Part shown: piece by piece, positions 13,063 through 24,673 of the stretch | Layout: each line of letters begins with the position of its first letter | Numbering within the stretch: position 1 is the stretch's first letter | From: Mytilus edulis | Taxonomy: Eukaryota | NCBI RefSeq assembly: GCF_963676685.1 | Contig: NC_092346.1 | Span: 45,384,001-45,448,000, forward strand | DNA: 64,000 nucleotides | Reading direction: 5' to 3' | Notes under the pieces: model-generated | Told to the model about the DNA's origin: nothing | What the model saw: only the letters and a program-made list of their open reading frames with translations | The model's database searches: none | Program-made: the position numbers and the translations under genes

Positions 13063-15208
13063 TTTTTGTATTTGCTTTAAACTCTTCTAAAAAGGTCATG
13101 TACCAAGTCAGGAAAATGGCAGTCGTTTCTTTGTGTGTTGCATAGTCGTTTTTGGTGTTGTTTTGTTTTAAATTCACATCGGTGTTTCTGTTGTTTCGTT
13201 GTTTTCCTCTTGTAGTTGATGTGTTCCTTCAGTTTTAGTTTGTAACCCTGATATTTTTGCCTTACTTACATAATTCGTTTGCAGTGTTTTGTTCAGCGAC
13301 CAACTCGATGTTTGCTGTGTCCAATGGAAAAAAACCATACATTGTAACTATCTTTTTCAACCCGTTTTACAAAACCAATACGTAAATTGGTTGAACCAAA
13401 TGATCAGCTATCTGCCCTTACAAATATGATAGATCTGTCAATAACATTATTTGGTAAGGAGACAATGGTTTAACAAGAAACGAATACATCAGGTTTCTTG
13501 AATAACTTTAATGTGTTATATTTGTCTTCTTGATGAATATCATGTATATCGATCTGACGTTTATATTAAATGTTGACCCTTTGTCCTATTACATTTGCTG
13601 ACCACGTGAATTTCCACCATACTGTTCTTATTCTAAGTATTCAAATATCGATCACATATATTTTAAAGGAATATTTCCTCTTAGAATCTCTCGTAGTCCC
13701 CATTCTAAACTAAAAGACAAATTAAAAGAGTTGGTATTGCTTTGTTTCATAAAAAAAGAATGGTCAACGTAGATACAAGTATCTTGTCTTCGGGAGGGAT
13801 ACATCACACTTTACAAAGGATCACACTGATTCAAACAAAAACAAAATCTCTGAAACTGACAATATCAAGATGCTTGATATATTGATTGACAACATATTTG
13901 TTACGTTTGGAGGACGTTTTTTTGAAAAGACTATCGGCATTCCGATGGGAATCAATTGTGAACCTTCTTGCCGACTTTCTTTTTTTATTTTTTATAAAAC
14001 ATTAGATTCGATCATAGTGTTTTGGTCAGCAAACAACTTGTTAGACGTTTGTTGTGTTCAATGAAAACACTCATACACCAAAACTATCTGCTTCAAATCG
14101 TTTACAAAAAACAATACGTTAATTAATCAAACCAAATAATCAGCTTATTCTTTTATTCTTAGTTTGTTTTAGATTATAACTTTCATCTAAGGTAGATCAA
14201 CGAACGATCTGACTTTACATATATGATAGATCTGTCAATAACATTATTAGGTTAGGACCATGGTGTAACAAGAAACGAATACATCAGGTTTTTTGAATAA
14301 CTTTAATGTGTTATAGTTGTCATCTTAAAGAATATGATGAACATGGATCTGACGTTTACATTAAAAGTGTACCCTTTGTCCTATTAAATTTGCTGACCAA
14401 GTGAAAACGGTCTTGATTCTTAGCATTCAAATATTGATCACATTTATTTAAAAGGAATATTTCCTATTAGAATCTCGATTTCAGATTTTGTCATGTTTTC
14501 TCAAATAATCAACTGTAATGACCGAAAAAGTTCCACAAATGTTTCTTTGATGTTGCTGTTTTTAAATGCAATTTTTCAAAATTTTTTGTATTTGCTTTAA
14601 ACTCTTCTAAAAAGGTCATGTACCAAGTCAGGAAAATGGCAGTCGTTTCTTTGTGTGTTGCATAGTCGTTTTCGGTTTGTTTTTTTAAATTCCCATCGGT
14701 GTTTCTGTTGTTTCGTTGTTTTCCTCTTGTAGTTGATGTGTTCCTTCAGTTTTAGTTTGTAACTCTGATATTTTGCCTTACGTACATAATTCGTTTGCAG
14801 TGTTTTGTTCAGCGACCAACTCGATGTTTGCTGTGTCCAATGAAAAAAAACCCATACATTGTAACTATCTTTTTCAACCCGTTTTACAAAACCAATACGT
14901 AAATTGGTTGAACCAAATGATCAGCTATCTGCCCTTACAAATATGATAGATCTGTCAATAACATTATTTGGTAAGGAGACAATGGTTTAACAAGAAACGA
15001 ATACATCAGGTTTCTTGAATAACTTTAATGTGTTATATTTGTCTTCTTGATGAATATCATCTATATGGATCTGACGTTTACATTAAATGTTGACCCTTTG
15101 TCCTATTACATTTGCTGACCAAGTGAATTTCCACCATACTGTTCTTATTCTAAGTATTCAAATATCGATCACATATATTTTAAAGGAATATTTCCTCTTA
15201 GAATCTCT
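13063..15208. repeat. Recent local duplication: ~630-bp direct repeats flanking a copy of 19983-20860
   Basis: 13063-13691 matches 14584-15208, and 13698-14580 matches 19983-20860. Both pairs are nearly identical by eye. Confidence 0.9.
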
Positions 15209-15370
15209 TAGAATCTCGATTTCAGATTTTGCCATGTTTTCTCAAATAATCATCTGTAATGACCGAAAAAGTTTAAAAAATAAAACTGTTTCCACATTAA
15301 ATTACATCCACAGTCTTTTACCACTTGGATTTTGATTCATATGACATTTGAACAGATCTCTTTATATAAT

Positions 15371-15487
15371 ATACAATTGAGAGAGGGAATGGGGAATGTG
15401 TCAAAGCGACAACAACCCGACCATAGAGCAGACAACAGCCGAAGGCCACCAATGGGTCTTCGATGTAGCGAGAAACTCCCGTACCCG
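15371..15487 (-). mobile_element. Short 3'-end fragment related to Naiad family A
   Basis: aattgag...aatggggaatgtgtcaaagcgacaacaacccgacc resembles 16508-16625. It is absent from the paralogous segment near 20950. Confidence 0.75.
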
Positions 15488-16024
15488 TATATATGTATAT
15501 TTTCAACATTGAAACGGAATGCATATAACAATTTTCACCCAAAAAAATCAAACCAAATAACAAAAATGTTTAAAGATACACCGGTTTACAAATAAAGGAT
15601 TCACTTTAGCTATATATACACATTTTCAGTTGATTTAATTTAATTATAACGATTAGACCCGTTGTATAAATCTTTATCGTTGACAACTGAGATTTTAGAT
15701 ATTTAAATAATGGATTAATTTCATTATTTATTTAATAGGAACATTAATACAATTTATCACATGTAAAACAATTCATTGATTTTATTATCAGTACCCGATG
15801 GCATCATCAGCTCAGCAGTCAGTACTTCGATATTGAATTGATTTATAGCTAATCTCTCTGAAATTGTCCCATTATGAATTTCTAGAGGTTTGAACTTCTT
15901 CAGATAAAATTGACCTTAGTTTGATCTAGCTATTTTTTTTATCTTTTTTTGGGGGGTCCTATAGCTTTCAACTGTTTCGGTTCTCATACATCCTTAGCTT
16001 ATAAATATTCAGCTTTGGGCCTTT

Positions 16025-16505
16025 TGCAAAACACTTGTCCTACCTCCATGCCAAATATGTTGTTGTCTCCGCATGCAGAAAAAGCCCCAAACAACATCGT
16101 TTTCGTGTGTAAACTCATTACATAAACTGCTTGATAAATGAATTAGGTATTGACAATTTACTCGGAAACACAACATATACCCTCACGACACTTACCAATG
16201 AGGAAATCCTGGATAATCAGGTATGTTCTTCCATCACTGTATTGGATACCAAAACTACGTAAGTGTTCTTACAAACAACGGTATATTGCTGGGTCTTCAA
16301 AGTGCTCCACGAAACCTCTTTCTAAATTATTAACATCTATTTTATCAGCAATTAAAGCCGGGCTTCAAAGTTATTGTGAAACTGCCTATTTTAGAAGTGG
16401 CGTGAACCAGATGTTTTAGAGTACATGCAATCTAAGACTCTTTCATCTTCCAAGTGTACTAGTATTAAAACGTATGTCTTTTTTTTTTTACACTTTATAC
16501 AAGTA
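16025..16505 (+). pseudogene. Old Naiad family B RT remnant, continuing at 19984-20280
   Basis: Frameshifted motifs KAPNNIVFVCK and LYWIPKL..RYIAGSSKCSTKPLS. It resumes after the family A insertion with LIDNIFVTFGG..GVPMGINC. Confidence 0.85.
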
Positions 16506-16698
16506 GTAAAATTGAGAATGGAAATGGGGAATGTGTCAAAGAGACAACAACCCGACCAAATAAAAAACAACAACAGCAGAGGGTCACCAACAGGTCTTCA
16601 ATGTAGCGAGAAATTCCCGCACCCGGAGGCGTCCTTCAGCTGGCCCCTAAACAAATATATACTAGTCCAGTGATAATGAACGCCATACTAATTTCCAA

Positions 16699-17526
16699 GA
16701 TAAGAAAAATTTCAAAGATAAGAAGTTAGCAATATCCTTTAACTCTACTTTCCGCTATATAGATGACGTTCTTTCACTAAACAATTCAAAATTTGGTGAC
16801 TATGTGGAACGCATCTATCCCATCGAATTGGAGATAAAGGATACTACAGATACAGTTAAGTCGGCTTCATATCTTGACTTACATCTAGAAATTGACAATG
16901 AGGGTCGATTGAAAACTAAACTTTACGACAAAAGAGATGATTTCAGCTTTCCAATTGTGAACTTTCCATTTCTAAGTAGCAACATTACAGCAGCACCTGC
17001 ATACGGGGTATATATCTCCCAATTGATACGATATTCCCGTGCTTGCATTTCCTATCATGATTTTCTTGATAGAGGGTTACTGCTCACAAGGAAGCTATTA
17101 AACCAAGAGTTCCAAATGGTGAAGTTGAAATCATCCCTTCGTAAATTTTACGGACGCCATCACGAGTTGGTTGACCGTTATGGAATAACCGTTTCACAAA
17201 TGATATCGGATATGTTCCTTACGTCGTAACTACAATCCCCTTCCCTTTCATGAATGTGACCTATTGAATTAGACTATTTACCGGATTTATAATCACATAA
17301 GCAACACGACGGGTGCCACATGTGGAGCAGGATCTGCTTACCCTTCCGGAGCACCTGAGATCACCCCTAGTTTTTGGTGGGGTTCGTGTTGTTTATTCTT
17401 TAGTTTTCTATGTTGTGTCATGTGTGCTGTTGTTTTTCTGTTTGTCTTTTTCATTTTTAGCCATGGCGTTGTCAGTTTGTTTTAGATTTATGAGTTTGAC
17501 TGTCCCTTTGGTATCTTTCGTCCCTC
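16699..17526 (+). mobile_element. Young 5'-truncated Naiad family B copy nested in the family A tail
   Basis: Encodes FRYIDDVL...YLDL...LYDKRDDFSFPIVNFPFL...YGVYISQLIRY with a stop at 17229. Flanked by a 7-bp TSD TTTCCAA (16692-16698 and 17527-17533). Confidence 0.9.
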
Positions 17527-17578
17527 TTTCCAAATTGTACACAAGAAACTAAAATTAAAATAATACAAGACTAACAAA

Positions 17579-17669
17579 GGCCAGAGGCTCCTGACTTGGG
17601 ACAGGCGCAAAAAAGCGGCGGGGTTAAACATGTTTGTGAGATCTCAACCCTCCACCTATACCTCTAACC
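17579..17669 (-). ncRNA. Twister-ribozyme-like RNA (P5 permutation, P1 replaced by palindromes)
   Basis: GGUUAGAGG UAUA GGUG GAGGG U UGAGAUCUCA C AAACAUGUU U^AA CCCC GCC GC(U6)GC G CCUG UCCCAAGU CAGG A G CCUCUGGCC. One P2 mismatch in this copy. Confidence 0.65.
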
Positions 17670-17860
17670 AATGTAGTAAAGTAAACGCATAACAATACGC
17701 ACATTAAAATTCAGTTCAAGAGAAATCCGAGTCTGATGTCAGAAGATGTAACCAAAGAAAATAAACAAAATGACAATAATACATAAATAACAACAGACTA
17801 CTAGCAGTTAACTGACATGCCAGCTCCAGACTTCAATTAAACTGACTGAAAGATTATGAT

Positions 17861-17934
17861 TTCATCATATGAACATCAGGCACAATCCTTCCCGTTAGGG
17901 GTTTAGTATCATACCATCATAACATATATGAGAA
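17861..17934 (-). promoter_or_regulatory. Type II SECIS element
   Basis: Helix I UCAUAU/AUAUGA. Core AUGAU (17920-17916) / UGAU (17878-17875). Helix II GGUAUGAUACU/AGGAUUGUGCC has 10 of 11 paired, followed by apical AAA and a CCC/GGG mini-helix. Starts about 50 nt after the TAA. Confidence 0.85.
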
Positions 17935-17982
17935 GAACATAACCCGTGTCATGCCAACAACTGTATTTTAGAATAAATGTGT

Positions 17983-19974
17983 TTAGTTCCGATGCAAAGA
18001 CCTTATCAGTGACTCAATATTAACGCCAACAAATGCAATCTTTAATGACTTGACAACAGTATCGTAATTATATCCCTTCTTAATAAGTCTATTCAAAGGT
18101 TTTGTAAGTTTCTGAGGTGAATACTGACACCTTTGTGCTTTATAAAGAATATTACCATAAAAAATTGGATGTGAAATACCTGAACGTATTAGAAGTCTGC
18201 ATGTTGAGCTATATTTACGAATGATGTCTTTATACCGATGATAAAATTTAGTAAATGTTTTGACTAGTTTGTGATATCGAAAACCCTGGTGTAATAATTT
18301 TTCAGTAATACATAAATTTCTCTCGTTAAAATCGAAAACATTGTTACATACACGAGCGAATCGTACAAGTTGAGATATATAAACACCGTAAGATGGTGAC
18401 AAGGGAACGTCACCATCTAAAAACGGATAATTAACGATAGGAAATGAAAAATCATCCCTTTTATCATAAATTTTAGTATTCAGCTTTCCATTAGTGATAT
18501 AGATATCAAGATCAAGAAAAGGGCAGTGGTCATTGTTAGTATTAGCTTTATTTAAAGTAAGTTCAACAGGATAAATTTCATTAATATACATACTGAAGTC
18601 GTCATTATTGAGAGCCAAAATATCATCCAAATATCTAAAAGTATTATTAAATTTGTTTATCAGATGTTGTTTCGATGGGTCTTTGCTTATTTTTGTCATA
18701 AATTGTAACTCATAACAATACAAAAACAGGTCCGCAATAAGTGGTGCACAGTTAGTCCCCATTGGAATTCCGATAATCTGACGATATACGGAATCTCCAA
18801 AGCGAACAAAAATGTTATCTAGTAAAAATTCAAGGGCATATATAGTATCAAAGCATGTCCAATTAACATAGTTTTTTTGTTTATTGCTACTAAAAAATGA
18901 CCTAAAAGAGTTTGAACATATATATTCACATTCTGATTTTTTGAATGCCCATTTAATTAGGTGTGTGAATTTTTTCTTAATGAGAATGTGAGGCAATGTG
19001 GTATACAGGGTAGAAAAATCAAAACTTTGAACAGATTCAAAATCACCAATATAAGCATGCAATTTATCAAGTACTTCCAACGAGTTCTTGACACTCCAAA
19101 AGTAATTTATTCCACTATTTTCGAAGGCCATATTTGAACAATTTATTATCAGGTTTTTAATTGTACCAAGTGTGCTGGTAAGAAGAATAGACAATTTAGT
19201 AGTTGAACAATGGCTTGAAGACGAAATAAATCTATATTTGTAAGGGGTTTTGTGTAGCTTCGGAAGCCAATACATAGTTGGGACTTTCATTGTATTTGGC
19301 TCTGCTTGTAAAGCGGTGGCTAACAGTTTATGTTTGTTACAGATTTCGTTTTCTGAAAATGGAGTCAGTTGGAATGTTGGTGAATTGGTGATTTCCTTTT
19401 TCAGAACCTCAATGTAAAATTTACGTCAAACAATAATAATATTATTAGCAGCTTTATCTGCCGGGACAAAAACAAATTCCTTGGCTAGTTCTTTTAGTTT
19501 ATGTTTGATACGAGAAATAGGTTTATTGTGGTTATTGTTTATAGTAAAATGTTCTTTAAAATGTTGAATACGTATATCAACTATCTTCATTACTGAATTA
19601 AAAAAAGAGTCCAAAGATTTTTTGTCAGCTTTTTCCCGTTTTATCCATTTCATACAGTAAGTATGGAGTGAGTCGTGGATGATATTACGACACTCATTCC
19701 AATTAATAATTGACGGGGGACGATATTTAGGTCCTTTACTGAGGAATGATTTTAACTCTCGGTCTTGAACGATGTTAAGATCTCCTGTAATAACATGGGA
19801 AATGGGTCCATAAATATATTCGGAATTACTGCAATTACATGAAGTAGGTGTATTTTCACTGATATTAACATCTTTACACAATTGACTATAATTAAACACA
19901 AATTTCCGGGTAGATTTCTTGTAAATATAACAAATAAGAGGTAGCTCAGTATTGACAAAATATCCAGGAATTTG
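17983..19974 (-). CDS. Naiad PLE polyprotein fragment (CxC linker + reverse transcriptase), 663 codons with one in-frame UGA read as Sec
   Basis: ORFs 19426-19899 and 17983-19290 share a frame and are joined by TGA (19428-19426) plus 45 open codons (RKFYIEVLKKEI...EPNT). RT motifs are SFDFSTLYT, GIPMGTNCAP, FRYLDD and FLDL. The native start and N-terminal endonuclease are missing through truncation. Confidence 0.85.
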
Positions 19975-21085
19975 TTATTTAACCCCATTCCAAACTAAAA
20001 GACAAATTGAAAGAGTTGGTATTGCTTTGTTTCATAAAAAAGAATGGTCAACGTAGATACAAGTATCTTGTCTTCGGGAGGGATACATCACACTTTACAC
20101 AGGATCACACTGATTCAAACAAAAAAAATCTCTGAAACTGACAATATCAAGATGCTTGATATATTGATTGACAACATATTTGTTACGTTTGGAGGATGTT
20201 TTTTTCAAAAGACTGCCGGCGTTCCAATGGGAATCAATTGTGAACCTCTTCTTGCCGACTTTCTTTTTTTATTTTTTATAAAACATTAGATTCGATCATA
20301 GTGTTTTGGTCAGCAAACAACTTGTTAGACGTTTGTTGTGTTCAATGAAAACACTCATACACCAAAAATATCTGCTTCAAATCGTTTACAAAAAACAATA
20401 CGTTAATTAATCAAACCAAACAATCAGCTTATTCTTTTATTCTTAGTTTGTTTTAGATTATAATTTTCATCTAAGGTAGATCAACGAACGATCTGACTTT
20501 ACATATATGATAAATCTGTCAATTATTAGGTTAGGACCATAGTTTAACAAGAAACGAATACATCAGGTTTCTTGAATAACTTTAATGTGTTATATTTGTC
20601 ATCTTAAAGAATATGATGAACATGGATCTGACGTTTACATTAAAAGTGTACCCTTTGTCCTATTAAATTTGCTGACCAAGTGAAAACGGTCTTGATTCAT
20701 AGCATTCAAATATTGATCACATTTATTTAAAAGGAATATTTCCTCTTAGAATCTTGATTTCAGATTTTGTCATGTTTTCTCAAATAATCAACTGTAATGA
20801 CCGAAAAAGTTCCACAAATGTTTCTTTGATGTTGCTGTTTTTAAATGTAATTTTTCAGAAATTTAACTGTTTCTACATAAAATTACATTCACAGTCATAT
20901 ACTATTTAGATGTTGGTTCATACTACATTTGATAGATCTATTTATATCATATGTATATTTTCCGTATTAAAGCATAATGCATTAAACAATTTTCAACCAA
21001 ATATATCAAACCAAATAACAAAAATGTCTAAAGATATTTAGATTTACAAATTAAGGATCCACTTCAGCTATATACAATGTAAATA

Positions 21086-23117
21086 TGTGAATTTGTATAA
21101 TCAGGGATTATGTAGAATCCCTGATTTTTCAGGGATTAATAAAATCACTAAACTCATAAATGATTATATAGAATCTCTGAAAATGACCAGTGATTTTATA
21201 TAATCACTGAACATTTTAATACTTGTTCTACAAATACCCTGAAATTATTTTAGGGATTATCAATAATTCAAAGATCCTTTGTTTGATAAATATGGACAAA
21301 ATCATACTTTGTTTGTTCTTATTCTTAAAAAGTTTAAGGACAGTAAGTCATGATTTAAATGGTGTAAAGATTCCTACCATCTACTATATTTCATACACAT
21401 TGCACATCGTTATTATTAGTTACATAGTGTGCTAGTGACCTAATACGGTATATATGGGGTCAGTAAATTCCATATGGGGTGAGAGCGAAGCTCGAATCCC
21501 CATATGGAATTTACTGACCCCATATATACCGTATTACGTCACTAGCACACTATGTAACGAATTTATCTTACCGACTATCTGAACGTGTGAAATTAAGACT
21601 AACTGATTCTAAAAATGAGCATGTCTTCAATACTGTTAGCATTAAGAAAATACTTCCATTGATCCTACAAAAACAGATGCTAACAATAACGACTTGTAAG
21701 GTTTAAATGTGTTTTATGAATTTATTTCAATCTTAATCATCAATTTCTTCGTCTGTTGGAACTTTTAAGATTTTTTCTCAGTACCGTTTTGTTTTTATAT
21801 AAAGGGACATAACACCATTACTAACCGTGTATGAAATAAGCCCCGCCCCCTTCTTACCTTATATGGAATATAAAGGGACGTAACTCCACTACTAACCGTG
21901 TATGAGATAAGCCCCGCCTCCCTACTAACCTAATATTAAATATACACGGTTTGCACGCGGACGCTTTTAACCAATCATATTCCTGGAAATGTATAGGAGG
22001 TAAGATAAATATCAATATTGGATGTTAGCTATTGGGTATTGATAATAAAAAAGTCTAAAATATTTGACGAACATTTTTTTGTGATTAAAGCAAAAGTAAT
22101 AAAATCTAGATATACAGTTTTTTCTAAGTACTATTTATCATTATGCACATTTCTGCGATTAGCGTCTCATTTGTATACTATTATTTTGGTCAGGTTTGGG
22201 ACGACTTGTTGTTGAACCAAGGATTTGTATGGTCTTACTAGACAGATCCTTGGTTGAACCTATTGTTCGCAAAGAATTTAATTTATGTAGACACATTTGT
22301 TTGGTTGATATGCAATCTAGTTAATTTCAATTTTAATCCATCATGGTTTACTAAGATAATATGACAAAAACTCAAGTGTAAATCCATAGTTCATGTTATG
22401 TGTGGTTTAACAAATAGTGAATAAGGTTATTGAACATCTGTTCTGTGTATTTTGTGTTTTAATGAACAAGAAATTCAAACTGAGAGAATTGCCGCAACTA
22501 AATGTATAGAAAAACAGACAGAACAAATGATTGGCAGTACCTGTTAGGATTTTTATTTATTTCTACATGATAGCCTCTAGTTTTGGTACCTCAGATGTTT
22601 GTACTGAACACTTCATTTTTCTTCGAAGTGTAAAATCTGATTCGATATGTGAAGGACAATATTTGTTAAAATGCGGATGTTGTGGTAAAAACATACATGT
22701 TATGTGATTCAAATAGATGTGCCTGTAGAAAAGCAGGGCAAATGGGCAATAGTCGATTTCATCCAAATTTATTTGTGAAAATAGATGATTGTTTTTGAAA
22801 TAGTGTTCTTAACATTTAAATATAACTATTGTGCTAAATATTTAATTATATCATTTCTAACATTTTAATGTATTGATGTTATCATTCTTATACATGTACA
22901 TGTATAGTGTGCTTAACATTTTACAGCTTTTGTTTAAAATTATGTTTTAATATTAACTAAAGTTATTATGTATAATCCGTGACAATTTTTCTAGTGATTA
23001 TACATAATGCCTGAAAGTTTAAGTGATTATATATAATCCCTAAACTGACCAGTGATTCTACATAATCCCTGATAATTTCAGGGATTCTACATAATCACTG
23101 ATTATACAAATTCACTG
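21086..23117. mobile_element. Non-autonomous DNA transposon with long repetitive TIRs (Tc1/mariner-like)
   Basis: gtgaatttgtataatcagggattatgtagaatccctga is inverted at about 23078-23115. Both ends carry ~29-bp subrepeats and the right end is cactg|ta. Absent from the paralogous segment near 15615. Confidence 0.75.
21411..22010. mobile_element. Palindrome-headed non-autonomous element (Crypton-like, tentative)
   Basis: Hairpin with 61-bp arms at 21419-21558, a 12-bp IR atttatcttacc/ggtaagataaat (21561 and 21999), and an internal 2 x 71 bp repeat. A related inverted copy is at 44385-45005. Superfamily is inferred from architecture only. Confidence 0.55.
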
Positions 23118-24309
23118 TAACATAAACACATTCAGTTAAATTAATCTTATCATAACGATTAGACCCTTTATATAAATCTTTATCGTTGACAACTGAGATT
23201 TTAAGATTTTTAAATAATGGATTAATTAATAATTTAATGGAAAAATTAATAGAATTTATCACATGTAAACTAATTCATTGATTAAATTATCAGTCCCGGA
23301 GGGTAACATCAGCTTAGTAGTCAGAACTTCGATATTGACTTGATTCATAGCTTATCTCTCTGAAAGCGTCCCATTATAAATTTTTAAAGGTTTGAACTCC
23401 TTCAGATCAAATTGACCTTAGTTTGATCTAGCTATTATTTGATCTTTTTGTTTTGGGTCCTATAGCTCCTCAACTGTTTCAATTCTCATACATCCTTAGC
23501 TTTCAAATATTCAGCTTTGGACGTTTTGCAAAATAATTGTCCTACCTTCATGACAAATATGTTGTTGTTCCCGTAGATAAAGCCCCAAACAACATCGTTT
23601 TTATGTGTAAAACTCAGTTCATAAACTGCTTGATAAATGAAAACCTGATCTTCCATCTCTGTATTGGATACCTACACTACATAAGTGTCCTTACAAACAA
23701 CGGTTTATTGCTGGGTCTTCCAAGTACTCAACGAAACCTCTTTCTAAATTATCAACATCTATTTTATTAGCAATTAAAGCCGGGCTTCAATGTTATAGTT
23801 AAACTGCCTATTGTAGAGGTGGCGTGAATCAATGTGGATACTAAAAAATTCCAAAGATCTTTTAGAGTACATGAAGTTTAAGACACTTTTATCTTGCAAT
23901 AGTATTAAAACATTTGACTTTTTTTACACTTTACACAAGTATTCCCAATTCCAAACTAAAAGACAAATTAAAAGAGTTGGTATTGCTTTATTTCATTATT
24001 TCATAAAAAAGAATGGCCAACGTATATACAAGTATCTTGTCTTAGGGAGTGATAAATCCTACTTTGTAAAGGATCAAACTGATTCAAAAGAAAAAATCTC
24101 TGAAACTGACAATATCAAGATGCTTGATTTCTTGAATGACAACATATTTGTTACGTTTGGAGGACGCGATTTTCAACAGACAGTCAGCCTTCCAATGGGA
24201 ACCAATTGCGTCCCTCTTCTTGCCGGCTTTTTTTTTATTATTATTATGTGGCTGACTTCATACAGGAATTTCTTAGAATGAAATATAAGAAGTTAGCAAT
24301 ATCCTTTAA

Positions 24310-24454
24310 TTTTGATCCTTAATGCTCTTCAACCTTGCACTTTTTTTACCTTTTTAACTTTTTTGGATTCGAGCGTCACTGATGAGTCTTTTAGATACGA
24401 AACGCGCGTCTGGCGTTTATACAAAATTTAGTCCTGGTATCTATGATGAGTTTA
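24310..24454 (+). mobile_element. 5'-truncated retrozyme insertion with 6-bp TSD
   Basis: Homologous to 11692-11830. CTTTAA is duplicated at 24304-24309 and 24455-24460. It interrupts the family B RT. Confidence 0.85.
24373..24416 (+). ncRNA. Minimal type I hammerhead ribozyme with palindromic stem III
   Basis: GCGUCA-CUGAUGA-GUCUUUUAGAUAC-GAAA-CGCGC-GUC^UGGCGU. Predicted cleavage after 24410. Confidence 0.88.
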
Positions 24455-24673
24455 CTTTAACTTAACTTTCCGCTATATATGATGTTCTTTCACTAAATAA
24501 TTCTAAATTTGGTGACTATGTTGAACGCATATATCCCATCAAACTAGAGATAACGGATACAACAGATACAGTTAAGTCTGCCTCATATCCCGACTTACAT
24601 CTATAAATTGACAATAAGGGTAGGTTGGGGAAAAAAAAAGAACGACAAATGAGATGATTTCAGCTTCCCAATT

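Larger units (their letters stand above)
16506..19983 (-). mobile_element. Penelope-like element, Naiad-type family A, 5'-truncated, probably selenoprotein-encoding
   Basis: CxC linker (SCNCS), KGPKYR, DKAANN and PLE RT motifs, with no C-terminal GIY-YIG. The 3' tail is split by a nested insertion; an uninterrupted tail is at 48992-49364. Confidence 0.88.

Noticed and set aside
17250-17302. Possible SECIS in the family B 3' UTR (AUGAA-12 nt-AA)
   Set aside because: Helix II pairs poorly, the 3' GA is absent in this copy, and family B has Cys at the recoded site. At most vestigial.
17313-17552. Recurrent hydrophobic ORFs (also 27675, 56737, 24660, 26844)
   Set aside because: They are incidental translations of non-coding repeat tails and MITE units.
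19975-19977. Second in-frame stop in family A
   Set aside because: It is TAA, not TGA, and lies at the truncation edge. Treated as a mutation or junction effect, not recoding.
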